A DNA stretch of 64,000 nt from Phycisphaerae bacterium (GCA_963666835.2 CAXXGO010000006.1:320001-384000); one strand, 5' to 3'; shown: positions 39,192 to 49,960, numbered from the stretch's first letter. Numbers and translations are program-made. Notes: generated from the sequence alone by a model not told the origin.

Positions 39192-40757
39192 TCATTCGTC
39201 GAGCAAATCAGCCGAGTCCGAGGTCTTCCGCGACGCCCGCAGGGCGATCCCAAGCTCCTCAATCCGCAACAGGCGGGCGGCCGCCACATAAGCCGCAACC
39301 CCCGCTGCCACGACCACAACCAACGTCACCCAACGATCGGCGCGGCCCGCGAGCAGGAAGACCACCCCCGTCAGGACCGCGGCCATAAACGCGGTTGCCA
39401 ACATCGATCCACCAGCCCCGGTTGCCACGTTACGCCAACTGATCTGGGGGACGGCGCCTCTGAGCTTTGCAGACAGCCAGACGACCTGGATCACCGCACA
39501 AGTCGCCGTGGCCAAGGCAAGCCCGCGCTCCTCCAAATGGAAGACCAGAGCGAAATTCATCGCCAGGTTCACCGCCACCATGCTGACGGCCACCCGCGCC
39601 GGAACTACGCTGTTCTTCATGGCGTAGAAGGCCCGGACCACTATGTGCTGCGCGAAATAAGCCGGGAGGCCGAGACTGTAGAAGATAAGCGTGCCGGCCA
39701 CCCGCTCCGTGCCGGACGCGTCAAACCGGCCATGCTGGAATATCACGGCGACCAGCGGCTGGGCAACGAAGATCAACCCGACCGCCGCGGGCAAGGCCAT
39801 GAACAGCGCCAGCCGGAGCCCCTGCTCCGTGGTTCGGGCGAGCCCGGCAGTATCTCCCTCGGCGGCCTTCCGGGACAACAGCGGAAAGACCGCGGTAGCC
39901 AGAGAGATTCCCAACACCCCAAGCGGAAGCTGGTAGAGATGTTGCGCATAACCCAACACGGCCGGGCCGACCCGCTCGCCTTCCTCAGCCACAAACAGAT
40001 AGGCGATGAGGTGGTCAGCCAGGCTGTTCACCTGAACGGCCGACAGCCCCAGCATCATCGGGCCCATCATCACGAAGACCTTGCGGATTCGCGGATCGCG
40101 CCACGCCCCGCTGAAGATGGGGAAGAACGACACTTTCCACAGAGCGATCCCCGTGACGGCCAACTGGGCGACTCCACCGAGAAGCACGCTGCCGCACGCA
40201 ACGTACACCAGCTTCATACCCTGCAGGCCGGCGACAAGTGCCCCACCAACGACTCCGCCGATGATGGTCAGGTTGAGGAGGATCGGCGCGGCCGCCGGGG
40301 CCGCGAAATGGTGTCGGACATTCAAGATGCCGCTGACCACGGCCACCGTGCAGATCAGGGCCATGTACGGCAGCATTATTGCAGTCAGCTCCCATACCGG
40401 ATCGTCCCACAGGGCTCTGCCGGCCAGCACCACCGCCTCCGCGGCGATTACTATCAGAATCAGCCCCACGACCAACATGGTGAGCACGGCGCCGACGAAC
40501 CTCCGGGACGACTCTTCGCCTTCTGATTGGATGCTGTCGGTAAGCGTGGGAATAAGGGCGGCCGACATTGCTCCTTCCCCAAACAGCCGTCGGGTCAGGT
40601 TCGGGACCATAAAGGCGATCCGGAAGGCGGAGAGCAACTCGGACGTACCGAAGAAGTGGCTGTAGCAGAATTCCCGCACCAGCCCAAGCACGCGCGAACC
40701 CATGGTCAATGCGGCGATCAACCGAACGTGGGCGAACAATCGCGAAGGAGCGGGCAT
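39192..40757 (-). CDS. murJ: Lipid II flippase
   Basis: SRVLGLVRE, AFMVPNLTRRLFGEGA, LYQLPLGV, FQHGRFD, RAFYA; multi-TM. Confidence 0.93.
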   Translation of the reverse strand: MPAPSRLFAHVRLIAALTMGSRVLGLVREFCYSHFFGTSELLSAFRIAFMVPNLTRRLFGEGAMSAALIPTLTDSIQSEGEESSRRFVGAVLTMLVVGLILIVIAAEAVVLAGRALWDDPVWELTAIMLPYMALICTVAVVSGILNVRHHFAAPAAAPILLNLTIIGGVVGGALVAGLQGMKLVYVACGSVLLGGVAQLAVTGIALWKVSFFPIFSGAWRDPRIRKVFVMMGPMMLGLSAVQVNSLADHLIAYLFVAEEGERVGPAVLGYAQHLYQLPLGVLGISLATAVFPLLSRKAAEGDTAGLARTTEQGLRLALFMALPAAVGLIFVAQPLVAVIFQHGRFDASGTERVAGTLIFYSLGLPAYFAQHIVVRAFYAMKNSVVPARVAVSMVAVNLAMNFALVFHLEERGLALATATCAVIQVVWLSAKLRGAVPQISWRNVATGAGGSMLATAFMAAVLTGVVFLLAGRADRWVTLVVVVAAGVAAYVAAARLLRIEELGIALRASRKTSDSADLLDE

Positions 40758-41174
40758 CGCTCGCACGATAAGTCCCGCCATCGCCCCTAGCAAGCAGACC
40801 GTGCCCAGTGATACCGCTGCCGCCGGGGATAAGCTCGGGCGCTACGTTGCCTCCAGGCTTGCACTTCGCTTGGATGGATGCTTCGGACCAGGCATCGGAG
40901 TGCGAATGTGCCTCTCGGCGTATCCGAAGCTGGGCCGACAACTCGCCGGGCACCGGGTTGAATCTTCAGAGTGACGATTATCCGGCCGAACGCCCGATAT
41001 TCGCATCGATCACCGGCCGGAATGTTCCCGCGAAAATCTCTGTGCGCAGAGCCGCTTGACGTGGGCCAGACGTTACGATATGAATCCCCGTAGCTTGTGG
41101 GTGACGCCGCTTCGGCTACCGTCTCCGCGGTGGAGATTGCAGTCTCCGGGTGGTGTGCCGACAGCTTACAACAA

Positions 41175-41248
<74 letters not shown>

Positions 41249-41399
41249 TTATAACCCCTTGAAAACAAACAGTTTACCAATATTGTCGGGGCAGCCGGAG
41301 CGATCGCGTTCTCTTCGCGCCCAGTTCGAAGCCCATCTCCCTACGGTGCAGTCGTTCCATGGGAAGACAACGGAGGGCATGGCTGACGAACGGAACGAG

Positions 41400-41524
41400 C
41401 GCATCGGGTCAACGGCTCGCTTGCCGTCGAAGTTCGCCGGGTCAGCCTTCGAGTAGCCGGCAATGTTGAGCAGGTGATGCTCGATCGCGTCTTCGAAGGC
41501 AATCTCGCGATGGTCAACTGCCAT
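41400..41524 (-). pseudogene. Type I restriction HsdR N-terminal fragment
   Basis: MAVDHREIAFEDAIEHHLLNIAGYSKADPANFD..RAVDP, then similarity is lost. Confidence 0.55.
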
Positions 41525-41790
41525 TGCTATCGTCCCCTCCCTCTTGGCCGCTGTCATACCCAGCCACAACCTGTCGCAACTGGGTCACGCACGGTCGAAC
41601 GGCCTCTTCGAGCTTGACCATGGTCTGGATCATCCGATCCTGGATCGTCGGCCATTGTTCAGAATCGTCGCGGTAACCTCCCCGAAAGTCTTTCGCAATG
41701 TACGACTTCTTCAGTTTCTCACAACGGTGCCATTCCAACGGCTCGCCGAAGGAGCGTTTTACCGCGTCCCTTCGTTCTTCCAACCAAGTG
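41514..41790 (-). pseudogene. DUF4268-like C-terminal fragment, truncated by the IS
   Basis: FGEPLEWHR..K.SYI...GGY.D..EQWP.IQDRMI.TM.KLE. Confidence 0.55.
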
Positions 41791-41792
41791 AA

Positions 41793-43022
41793 CCTTCACG
41801 TGGCATGAATCGCCGGCCGGGGTTGCCTGAAATCGCCGGTTCTTTCGGCAAATCGCAGTTCTTCACGGCCGATTGGCGGGTGTCGGTGAACCTCACGTTC
41901 GGTGAGGTCCGGCCGCCGGGCGTTTAACGGCACAGACCTCCACATCTTCTTTGATTAAATGCCAATACTCTGGCACATTACTGTTGAAATGATGAACCGC
42001 CTTGGTGTAATGTGCATGTCACAAACAAAAACAAATACACAAGGAGGTTCATCACCATGAAGCATAGCAGAAAGAGCGTCGAACGCAAAACCTACGCAAC
42101 CCCGAATATCAAGTTCGAACAGCAACAGCTCACCTCCTTCGCCGGCGTGGTGATTCTCCAGCCGTTTCTGGCGGCCATCAGCTTTACGGCCCAGGTGGCG
42201 CGGTGCTTTCGGCATATTTGCGTCGGCAAGGTCTATAGCCGGGCCACGGTCTTTTTCCAACTGATCATTCACCTGCTACTCGGCTACCGGGACCTCCGCG
42301 AGAGCGCCTATTACCGCGACGACCCGATGGTCAAGCGAGTGCTCGGACTCCGACGCCTGCCCGATGTGGCCACGCTGAGCCGGATGCTCAAAGGGATGAT
42401 CGAAGCCCGCAAGCGTTGGCAGTCCTTCGACGGCGACCGCTCGTTCTTCGAAAGGTCTTGGAGGCCCAAGTCCTGGGATCAAACCTATCGGTTCGTGTTC
42501 ATCCGGACTCGAACGAAGAAGCAGCAGAAGGGCCCCGTGCAGTTGGACTTGTTCATTCCTTATGAACACGGATATGAGTTCAAGGTGATCATCACCAACA
42601 AGCGGGTCGGCGTGGGCACGGTTTTGCGATTTCACGAGGGCCGCGGAACCCAGGAGGGGATCTTCGGCGAGCTGAAGACGCATTGCGCAATGGGGCACGT
42701 GCCGGTGCGTCGTTGCCTTGGGAACCAGATGTACTTGCTCGCCGGGCTCTTCGCTCACAATCTCATACGCGAACTACAAATGCAGACCGAGGCACCGGTC
42801 CGGGGCACAACCGACAACCGCGCCGCTTTGTGGATCTTCCAGCAGGTCGCAACAGTGCGCAAGACCCTTTTGCAGCGAGCCGGGCGACTGACCCGCCCGA
42901 GCGGCAAACTAACACTGACTATCAGCGGCAGCCGCAGTGTCAAAGAAGAACTCCTCGGAATCCTCGACCGCCTACGCCCCGCCGCCTGACAAGAATCGTC
43001 CGGGTTTATGCAACGCTGGGGG
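41793..43022 (+). mobile_element. IS1380-family element, internally deleted
   Basis: Transposase remnant; imperfect terminal IRs CCTTCACGTGGCATGAATC and GGTTTATGCAACGCTGGGG; both flanking genes are cut at these positions. Confidence 0.65.
42057..42989 (+). pseudogene. IS1380 transposase lacking the central DDE region
   Basis: LTSFAG, DDPMVKRVLGLRRLPDVATLSRML joined directly to the C-terminal half (YEFKVIITN, RGTQEGIFGELK, AHNL). Confidence 0.75.
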
Positions 43023-43437
43023 AGACGTTTCGCCCGCTGCCGGTGGTGGTGTAGGCGATCAGGGGATTGCTCGTACCGCCGACCTCGGACATACCGGTCA
43101 TGCGGCCGATGGCGTCGGTCCAGGTCTGGCCGTCGCGCGTGTAGTCGAAGCTGAATCCGCGGGTGGAGGGATAGGTGATGCCGGTCAGGCGGTTCTGTTT
43201 GGGTTTCCCGGCGGACTGCTGATACCACTGCCAGCCGTAGGTGACGGTCTTGGCGAACAAAGGCGTCACATCCGGCCTCGGGTCGAGCGTCTCGTCGGTC
43301 AGATTAGCGAAGCCGTCGTAGCCGTAAGTGATCTCGCTGAGCGCCTCGCCGGGCGTGCTTGCCGAATACGCCGCAGCGGTCGAGATCTGCCCGCGCGGGG
43401 TGTAGTCGAATGCCAACACGCCGACCGTGGTGTCGAG
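43023..43437 (-). pseudogene. Orphan Rhs cassette 8, start only, truncated by IS1380
   Basis: LDTTVGVLAFDYTPRGQ...YTTTGSGRNV, near-identical to the other cassette starts. Confidence 0.9.
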
Positions 43438-43604
43438 GGCTTACGCCGTTGGGAGCGAGACCTCAAGCCCGATGAGCAACACGGGCGAAGTTGATATGGT
43501 GTGCCTCGAATGTGACGCTAACCGGCCCAGCTCCTGTCGAAGCTGCTCAACCCAGAATGCATCGCAGCCGGTGAGGCCACGGGACGGAAGAAGCGGAGAA
43601 TCAG
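43438..43604. repeat. Inter-cassette spacer element joined at the Rhs DTT site
   Basis: GGCTTACGCCGTTGGRAGCGAGACCTSAAGCCCGATGAGCAACACGGGCGA...; also 49811-49896, 59963-60086 and diverged 52848-52921. Confidence 0.9.
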
Positions 43605-43607
43605 CCT

Positions 43608-44003
43608 TCATTGCGACAACCTACTCGCTGCTGTCACTCGGACCTCCGCCCATTTGTCGTTCAGAAGAAACTCCAGGAGGCCTCGTGGGATCTTCGGATT
43701 GCAGGCGACCGCAAGTCGAACGGAATCGTCGGTGTCCCTCGCCAGTTGCTCTAACACGTGCGGGGGGGTCCTGCGTTTGCGCGCTATTGTATGTCGGACG
43801 TTTGCTGTCGGATCTCGTGCGAGGATTTCGATCACCTCGATCGGTACTGTCTTGTTATGAGCGACCCATTCCCGCATATCCGGATACTCTGCAATCACCT
43901 CTCTCCACACTTCTAGAGGAGCCTCCTCCGCCGCTGCCCTGCGATAATCTTCCATACATTCGCTGCTTCGTAGTCGGACAAACTCCTCAGCTGAGCCGAT
44001 CAT
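43608..44003 (-). CDS. Putative immunity protein, HEAT/LRV-like repeats
   Basis: AAGGAG RBS right after the toxin stop; VAHNKTVP...LARD...VR repeats. Confidence 0.8.
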   Translation of the reverse strand: MIGSAEEFVRLRSSECMEDYRRAAAEEAPLEVWREVIAEYPDMREWVAHNKTVPIEVIEILARDPTANVRHTIARKRRTPPHVLEQLARDTDDSVRLAVACNPKIPRGLLEFLLNDKWAEVRVTAASRLSQ

Positions 44004-44013
44004 GGCATTCTCC

Positions 44014-44922
44014 TTAGTGGGTCTGACTCCAAGGGATGAACTGTCCCACAGGCCCCTTGTGCTTGCCGATTATGAAATCTCCGTACTTGTCCGCATCGGC
44101 GAAGTGCGCAAGCCCCCTTTCGGTTTCCTCGAAGACCTTCCATTCACTCTCCCCGTGTTTTGCCATATCTCTCGACCACCACAACTTTGTATCTGGATCC
44201 CGTTTGATCCGCTTGTTACGCCACATCACGGATTTGTCGAATCGCTCGACCTTCCAGAGACCCCGACTCTTGGCAGCGCGAGCGCACGTATTATCGTTGT
44301 GGCTCAACGCCTCAACATGCCCGACGTAGTAGCAATCATCGGTTTGGATGTCAAGGTTGTGAACTCGATGCACGCCTGGGTATTTGCGGACCGAGCGAAT
44401 CGTGGCGTTTCCGCCGATCGTCTTGAGTTTCTCGCCGATCCTCAGATCACCGGTTTGTACCCACGAATCGCGATCGACGGAGAACAAGCGGTGTCGCCTG
44501 GTCGGGTATAGCGGCTCGTCGTGACCATCGAATCGAAGCTCGTACACATAGCCGTTCAGATGAGAAACGGTGCCCAGCACGACGCGTCCGGGCGGGGGCT
44601 TGATGGCTGGGCAATCGGATACCGAGACAACCGTGGCCGGGCCTTTCAGGCCCATTTCCGGCAAACCGAATAGAATCGTTGCGCCTTCCGTGGCACGCAC
44701 TGACTCGATCCAGGCAAGCGGACGCAATACTTCGATGTCAATGATGTCCCCCTTCGATTCCGGGTTCGCCATCTTGAGCGCAACGTGCCGCCAAGTGCCT
44801 GGGGCCGGCTCGGGTTCGGAGGGCAGACTCTGGTCGGTCGTCAGAACTCGATCGCCCACGCGAAGCGACTCGATCGCGGTGCGGCCCTGCGGCGTGACGA
44901 CGAGGGTGCCCGCGAGGAAGCA
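44014..44922 (-). CDS. Orphan cassette 7: pretoxin HINT + putative RNase CT (Ntox21/colicin-E3-like)
   Basis: CFLAGT...SHN (44296-44922), then WWSRDMAKHGESEWKVF..KHKG; in-frame stop at 44944-44946 and no start codon before the Cys. Confidence 0.8.
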   Translation of the reverse strand, partial: CFLAGTLVVTPQGRTAIESLRVGDRVLTTDQSLPSEPEPAPGTWRHVALKMANPESKGDIIDIEVLRPLAWIESVRATEGATILFGLPEMGLKGPATVVSVSDCPAIKPPPGRVVLGTVSHLNGYVYELRFDGHDEPLYPTRRHRLFSVDRDSWVQTGDLRIGEKLKTIGGNATIRSVRKYPGVHRVHNLDIQTDDCYYVGHVEALSHNDNTCARAAKSRGLWKVERFDKSVMWRNKRIKRDPDTKLWWSRDMAKHGESEWKVFEETERGLAHFADADKYGDFIIGKHKGPVGQFIPWSQTH

Positions 44923-45037
44923 GATGCATCCTTCGGCAATTGCTCAGTGAGTAGTGTCAGGGCAACCTGGAGATGCACTCACGCGGCAAACGGCACTAAC
45001 CGAGATTCGAACCGCAAGCGGGGCAGGTTGGCTCCGG

Positions 45038-45289
45038 TCAGGTGCGATCTCCCGTAAGTTGCCTCTCGGCAGCATCCAGTAGAGTCCGAAATGCGTCCAA
45101 CGGGATGCGCTTGGCGATACGCTCTCCATCGCCGGGGAGTTCCAGGAGGCACGAGCCCGAACGATGCTCGTCCGACAGAACAAACACTAGTGCATCACTC
45201 GTCTCAACGAATACAACGCATTCCTCATAGTCGACGGGCGAGGCGAGCAGAACTCTGCAATCATCGAACGTTATGTCTTTAGCTGTCAT
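45038..45289 (-). CDS. Putative immunity protein
   Basis: 83 aa, acidic, starts 7 nt after the toxin stop. Confidence 0.75.
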   Translation of the reverse strand: MTAKDITFDDCRVLLASPVDYEECVVFVETSDALVFVLSDEHRSGSCLLELPGDGERIAKRIPLDAFRTLLDAAERQLTGDRT

Positions 45290-45296
45290 AGCATTC

Positions 45297-46265
45297 TCAA
45301 TTCAGAAAACAATAGAAAGACCCGTCCCCGTTGAAGCGAATACCGCGCCCGCTTGAATGGATGAAGTCCACGCGGCCCATATTGGCCATCCTGGACTGCG
45401 TACTCGGACTTGTGAGTATATCCATCACCTGGAGGGCTGCGTCGTTATTGTACTGTGACGCGGTTGTGGCTGCTGTTCTCCATTTGCTCCCTACACGATG
45501 TGCGTGTTTCTGCAAAGCTCGCCCAGCGAATGTAAAACCGTTGCGGTCCATCATCGTTGCCGCCTGATAGAGATCGTCCAACGCGCCAATGCTGCACCCA
45601 TTATGAACAAGCAGTGTTGCATCTGAGGCGAAGTATGTATGATCCCGATGGACTTCGATATTGTAGACAGGCTCCAGCCCCGGGCGCGGGTTGATCGATT
45701 CAACCGTTGCGGTCCCGTTGAGGGTTTGCAGCTTCTCGCCGTTTTTGAGATCGCGGGCCACCACCCAATCTTCACGATCCAGCGACCAGAACGGATGGGT
45801 GCCCGTGGCGGTAATAGGCCTTTCTTGCTCGGCGAGGTGGAGGTCCATGGTCTGGGCGTTGGTCGTTACGAACTTGCCGGTGACCGGACGGGCACCGGGG
45901 TGCGGCTCCGCCAAATCCGGACAGGGACCAATGCTCACCACGGCGGCGGGGCCGCGGATACCCATCTCCGGCATCGTCAAATCCACGGTTCCGCCTTCCT
46001 CTGCACCGGTGTGAGTGAGCCAAGGCAATGGACGGAGAAGCGAGATGTCCGTTACGCTTCCGTCGCGCCGATCCGCCCGCAGACGGATGAGCCGCCAGTC
46101 ATCCGCGATGATCTCGTCGTAGTCATCCGGAAACGGCGACGTAGCCGATTCCGCAGATACACAGGCGCCATGGTGCGGGACGTCACCATCCGATGTAAAC
46201 GAGACCGTGGCTCTTGGCGGAATAACTGCGAGCAACAAGCCCAGCATGATCGTCCTGGCAATCAT
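45297..46265 (-). CDS. Hydrophobic N-terminus + C-terminal part of HINT + toxin CT (AGRALQKH type, putative RNase)
   Basis: GGAGG RBS; TGTHPFW and VYNIEV...LVHN HINT blocks but no N-terminal CF..GT; CT AGRALQKH...GRGIRF..DG.F..FL. Confidence 0.75.
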   Translation of the reverse strand: MIARTIMLGLLLAVIPPRATVSFTSDGDVPHHGACVSAESATSPFPDDYDEIIADDWRLIRLRADRRDGSVTDISLLRPLPWLTHTGAEEGGTVDLTMPEMGIRGPAAVVSIGPCPDLAEPHPGARPVTGKFVTTNAQTMDLHLAEQERPITATGTHPFWSLDREDWVVARDLKNGEKLQTLNGTATVESINPRPGLEPVYNIEVHRDHTYFASDATLLVHNGCSIGALDDLYQAATMMDRNGFTFAGRALQKHAHRVGSKWRTAATTASQYNNDAALQVMDILTSPSTQSRMANMGRVDFIHSSGRGIRFNGDGSFYCFLN

Positions 46266-46359
46266 GGAATTCCCTCCGGTGGTCAATGGTAACGACCGAG
46301 ATCGACGCGGCAAGCCTCTCCGCTTGGAGGAAATCTGCGCGCCACACGTACTACTCCTG

Positions 46360-47685
46360 CTACTCCTGAAGATCGTCATTGTACGCTCCTATTTCATTCC
46401 TGCCCCGGTGTTTGACCGACGGCTCGTCTGCAATTGCACTTGCGTTCTCTGCAACCTCCCGGTATTCCACGTCGCCTGTCGGCGTACTCACAATGTCTGC
46501 AACGAGCGGGGGGACCGTTGCGCCGTTGAGAGTCGGGTCGGGCTCGCAACGTACGTAATCCCCGAGGCTGACGTCCTCGATGGGTTTTTCAGAGCCATCG
46601 CCCATCAGCACGGTGGTCCCGGCCGCAAAGCAGATTGCCCCGGCCACGCCCCGAGTCACCTTCGCCAACTGCCGTCCCTTGCCCATCTTGATGCCTTTGC
46701 CAACGTAGCGAAACGCCGACTTGGCCAATTTTGCGAACGGTATCGCCGCCGTAATCGCCGTAGCACCGAAACTCGCTATGTCCCACGGCGACCAGTCCCC
46801 GGGGCTTTTGTCGAGGTTCTTGTATACCTCCCAGAGGTCAACGGCGATTCCCGCAGGTGTAAACGAGAGGGCCGCCAACGCGAACCCCTTGGTAACGTCT
46901 AGCCCTGTGTTGAGCACCTGAGTAGCCCAGGCGAAGCCTGCCATCCACTCTCCGGGCACCTGTTGTGCGAGCTCCCATGCATCAGGGCCCTCGTACGGCG
47001 TGTCCTCGAACAGACCCGCGGCGTCCCGGCGATTCACGGGGTTGCTGCCAAGGTACTGGTATAGGTTGGGGCCGTCGATGTGTTGGCCACCTGCCGACAC
47101 CACGGCACTGACATAGGCGTTCTGTGCGTTCGTCAACATAACGTCGAACAGCACTAGCGACGTCTGGTTCGGGTCCTCCTGCATGTATCGCCCGAGCTTC
47201 GGTTTGAGGATCCGGGTGCGGTTGTTGATCCCGTCGATCTCGGGCATGTGGTCGAGGCCTTGGTGGCCTTTGGTGGTGGCGATCAGACTGGGCGTGCCGA
47301 GGATGTCGGTGATCGTGCCGTCGGATTCGATCCGCTCGGCCGCGAGGCGTTCGCCGTAGGGTTTGTAGTTGTATTGCTGCTCGAGGTATCCCTCGTGATC
47401 GGTCGTGGCCACGACGTTGTAGTTCACATCCTGCAGAATGAAATGCGGATCGGTTGGTGTCTCGTCGCTGTCGTAATATGCCACGACCTCGTCAATGTAG
47501 TCGAGGCCGTAGACGTATTGGCGGTAGAGTGCCAGCGACGTGCCGTTGTGCTTGTGGTGCTCCAGCGGGCGGTGGCCGTCGTAGTAGAAGTAGTCCCCGT
47601 CGCCGGTGGTGTTAAGATCGCCCGAGCCGGACACGGTCTTGTGGATCATCCGCCCGAGGACGTCGTATTCGTACGTGGCGATGAG
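46360..47685 (-). CDS. Orphan Rhs cassette 6 ending in the HINT N-terminal block only
   Basis: Rhs core end, NPVNRRDAAGL, linker, ICFAAGTTVLMGDGSEKPIEDVSLGDYV, stop at 46360. Confidence 0.8.
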   Translation of the reverse strand, partial: LIATYEYDVLGRMIHKTVSGSGDLNTTGDGDYFYYDGHRPLEHHKHNGTSLALYRQYVYGLDYIDEVVAYYDSDETPTDPHFILQDVNYNVVATTDHEGYLEQQYNYKPYGERLAAERIESDGTITDILGTPSLIATTKGHQGLDHMPEIDGINNRTRILKPKLGRYMQEDPNQTSLVLFDVMLTNAQNAYVSAVVSAGGQHIDGPNLYQYLGSNPVNRRDAAGLFEDTPYEGPDAWELAQQVPGEWMAGFAWATQVLNTGLDVTKGFALAALSFTPAGIAVDLWEVYKNLDKSPGDWSPWDIASFGATAITAAIPFAKLAKSAFRYVGKGIKMGKGRQLAKVTRGVAGAICFAAGTTVLMGDGSEKPIEDVSLGDYVRCEPDPTLNGATVPPLVADIVSTPTGDVEYREVAENASAIADEPSVKHRGRNEIGAYNDDLQE

Positions 47686-47784
47686 GCAGCGAGGCTATCG
47701 GCGCCTGCGTCTTCTACCAGGACTGGAACTCGATGGTATCAATCGGAGTCGGGGCATGCACATGGACGCGGTGCTGACCCCGAA

Positions 47785-47809
47785 CATGCCCACGCAAGCG
47801 TAGGGCATG
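47785..47809 (-). repeat. Family B-related REP at the 5' boundary of cassette 6
   Basis: catgcccacgcaagcgtagggcatg palindrome. Confidence 0.7.
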
Positions 47810-47829
47810 CGACGCTCCCGTTTCCGGCT

Positions 47830-48096
47830 CTAGCCAGCGTAGTACTTGCCCCGCATCGCCCTCGCGATCTCCAGGCGCAACTTTGCAATCAGCTCGGTCG
47901 TCGCGTCGGGTACAGCCAGTTGCTCAGCAGTGAGGGCATCCAAGTCGACGGCCAGATATGTGAGTATCTCACCCGATGTCGCTCCTCCGGCGATTGAATT
48001 GCTGAGGCGCTCACTCCAATCGGTATGCCCGTATTCCGTAAGCGCAGCGATCAGTCTGGCTGCCTCAGCATAAACATCGAAGTTTGATCTGGACAT
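47830..48096 (-). CDS. Putative immunity protein
   Basis: 88 aa, GGAG RBS, directly after the cassette 5 toxin. Confidence 0.75.
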   Translation of the reverse strand: MSRSNFDVYAEAARLIAALTEYGHTDWSERLSNSIAGGATSGEILTYLAVDLDALTAEQLAVPDATTELIAKLRLEIARAMRGKYYAG

Positions 48097-48115
48097 CTGA
48101 GTCTCCGTGCTTGCC

Positions 48116-49810
48116 TCAACTACCGGGAGCGCCTTGCCACGTTTGTATGTTGGTTACCCCGCCAGGTTCCACGACCACTTCAATTCCGCCGCCGGGATTT
48201 GCGCCGACTCGAGGGGCTGTCCGTGTAATGAACTGGGCGCCAGCCTTCAGCCGACCGCACAAGACGAAGTCCGGTTTCCCCATGTTTTCGGGCGGCACAC
48301 CGTACCTTGCAGAGTATCCTGGTGCCGCTGGATCTTCAAGCGCCCAATATGGCGAATCGCTTCCCCTGCTGATACCTCGCATTCCCGTACGATACAGCCG
48401 AGCGCCAGCAGCTACTCGTCCCCGCGCGTAAAGGGCGGCAGCCGATTGATCTTGCACCGCTGCTCCTTCCGGTGTTCGTACGACGAACCCGCTCCTGAGT
48501 CCCTGCCGGATGCCAATTGCGCCTCCTAACGTCATTACGCTTGAGAAACCGGCATCGACGAGTGCCATGGTCATTTCGAGTTCATCCATAGCGTCCAGAG
48601 CATTCTGACTTCGTTGATCCGCTTGATATAGCCCGTTTAGACCGAACGCAACGCCCATCGCGCCTCCAACCAGACTGGTGCCCGATGCGGTTGCAATCCC
48701 CATCGTCATATTGAGGATTGCACCGCCCCCATGGGCGCATGCCATGAACGCAAGGCCGGCAATACCACCTCTTCCTGCTGCTCCTACGATTTCGTAGAGC
48801 GAATCGGTCAGATCCTGGTGTGCCGCACGCCCCGACAGCGTTAACTCGATGCTCTTGTAGAGGGCACTCGCAGCGCCGCCCACTAGAGCACTCACCAAAT
48901 ACTGGATGACTTCTCCGCTCGGATCACTGAACACCATCGGGTTCGAGGCAAATGGCTGATACAAGCTCATTCCATCACCGTATTGAGCGCCTGCTGTTAG
49001 GGAGGCAAAGGCGGATATAACCTGTGCTTTGCTAGCTAGGGCGGTGTTGAGCAGCAACGCTGTTTCGTTCGGGTCGCGTTGGCGGAATCGGCCGAGGGAG
49101 GGCACGTAGTCTCTGGCGCGATTGTGCCAGGACGCCGTCTCCGTGTCGTACCAGAGGCCCTTGTAGCCGAGGGACAGGGCGATCTGTTCCGGCGTGGCGA
49201 GGATGTCGGTGATGGTGCCGTCCGATTCGATCTGCTCGGCCGCGAGGCGTTCGCCGTAGGGTTTGTAGTTGTATTGCTGCTCGAGGTGTCCCTCGTGATC
49301 GGTCGTGGCCACGACGTTGTAGTTCACATCCTGCAGGATGAAATGCGGGGCCGCTGCCGTCTGATCGCTATCGTAATATGCCACGACCTCGTCAATGTAA
49401 TCGAGGCCGTAGACGTATTGGCGGTAGAGTGCCAGCGACGTGCCGTTGTGCTTGTGGTGCTCCAGCAGGCGGTGGCCGTCGTAGTAGAAGTAGTCCCCGT
49501 CGCCGGTGGTGTTAAGATCGCCCGAGGCGGACACGGTCTTGTGGATCATCCGCCCGAGGACGTCGTATTCGTACGTGGCGATGAGATGGCCCAGGTCCGA
49601 ACCGGCCAGATCGCCCGCGGCGTCGACGTGGTAGTCGCCCTTGTCATGCACCTCGACCACGCGGTTCCACGCGTCGTATTTGTAGAACTTCTCGTCATCG
49701 AGCACGAGGTTCCCGGCCGCGTCGTAATAGAAGTCGTCATTTTCGACGGACCCGCCGTTGGCCTCGGTCCGGAGGGTGTTGATCCGGTTGGCCTCGTCGG
49801 TGGTGTCGAG
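48116..49810 (-). CDS. Orphan Rhs cassette 5 with putative ART/NADase-like CT
   Basis: Starts LDTTDEANR; NPMVFSDPSG; hydrophobic Gly/Ala linker; CT LYR.G...YW...YGVP...ITR.AP..GANPGGGIEVV. Confidence 0.8.
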   Translation of the reverse strand, partial: LDTTDEANRINTLRTEANGGSVENDDFYYDAAGNLVLDDEKFYKYDAWNRVVEVHDKGDYHVDAAGDLAGSDLGHLIATYEYDVLGRMIHKTVSASGDLNTTGDGDYFYYDGHRLLEHHKHNGTSLALYRQYVYGLDYIDEVVAYYDSDQTAAAPHFILQDVNYNVVATTDHEGHLEQQYNYKPYGERLAAEQIESDGTITDILATPEQIALSLGYKGLWYDTETASWHNRARDYVPSLGRFRQRDPNETALLLNTALASKAQVISAFASLTAGAQYGDGMSLYQPFASNPMVFSDPSGEVIQYLVSALVGGAASALYKSIELTLSGRAAHQDLTDSLYEIVGAAGRGGIAGLAFMACAHGGGAILNMTMGIATASGTSLVGGAMGVAFGLNGLYQADQRSQNALDAMDELEMTMALVDAGFSSVMTLGGAIGIRQGLRSGFVVRTPEGAAVQDQSAAALYARGRVAAGARLYRTGMRGISRGSDSPYWALEDPAAPGYSARYGVPPENMGKPDFVLCGRLKAGAQFITRTAPRVGANPGGGIEVVVEPGGVTNIQTWQGAPGS

Positions 49811-49945
49811 GGCTTACGCCGTTGGAAGCGAGACCTGAAGCCCGATGAGCAACACGGGCGAGGTTGATATGATGTGCCTCGAATGTGACGCTAACCCCAA
49901 ACTGCCCGATCGAACAAGCAAAGAACTAGTGATGTCCCCGTTTTC
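49811..49945. repeat. Inter-cassette spacer element plus GAACTAGTGATGTCCCC motif
   Basis: Near-identical to 43438-43523. Confidence 0.88.
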
Positions 49946-49960
49946 CCTCACTGTAAAGGA

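Noticed and set aside
43438..43604. Integron attC sites between Rhs cassettes
   Set aside because: No RYYYAAC/GTTRRRY bounding palindrome and no integron integrase seen.
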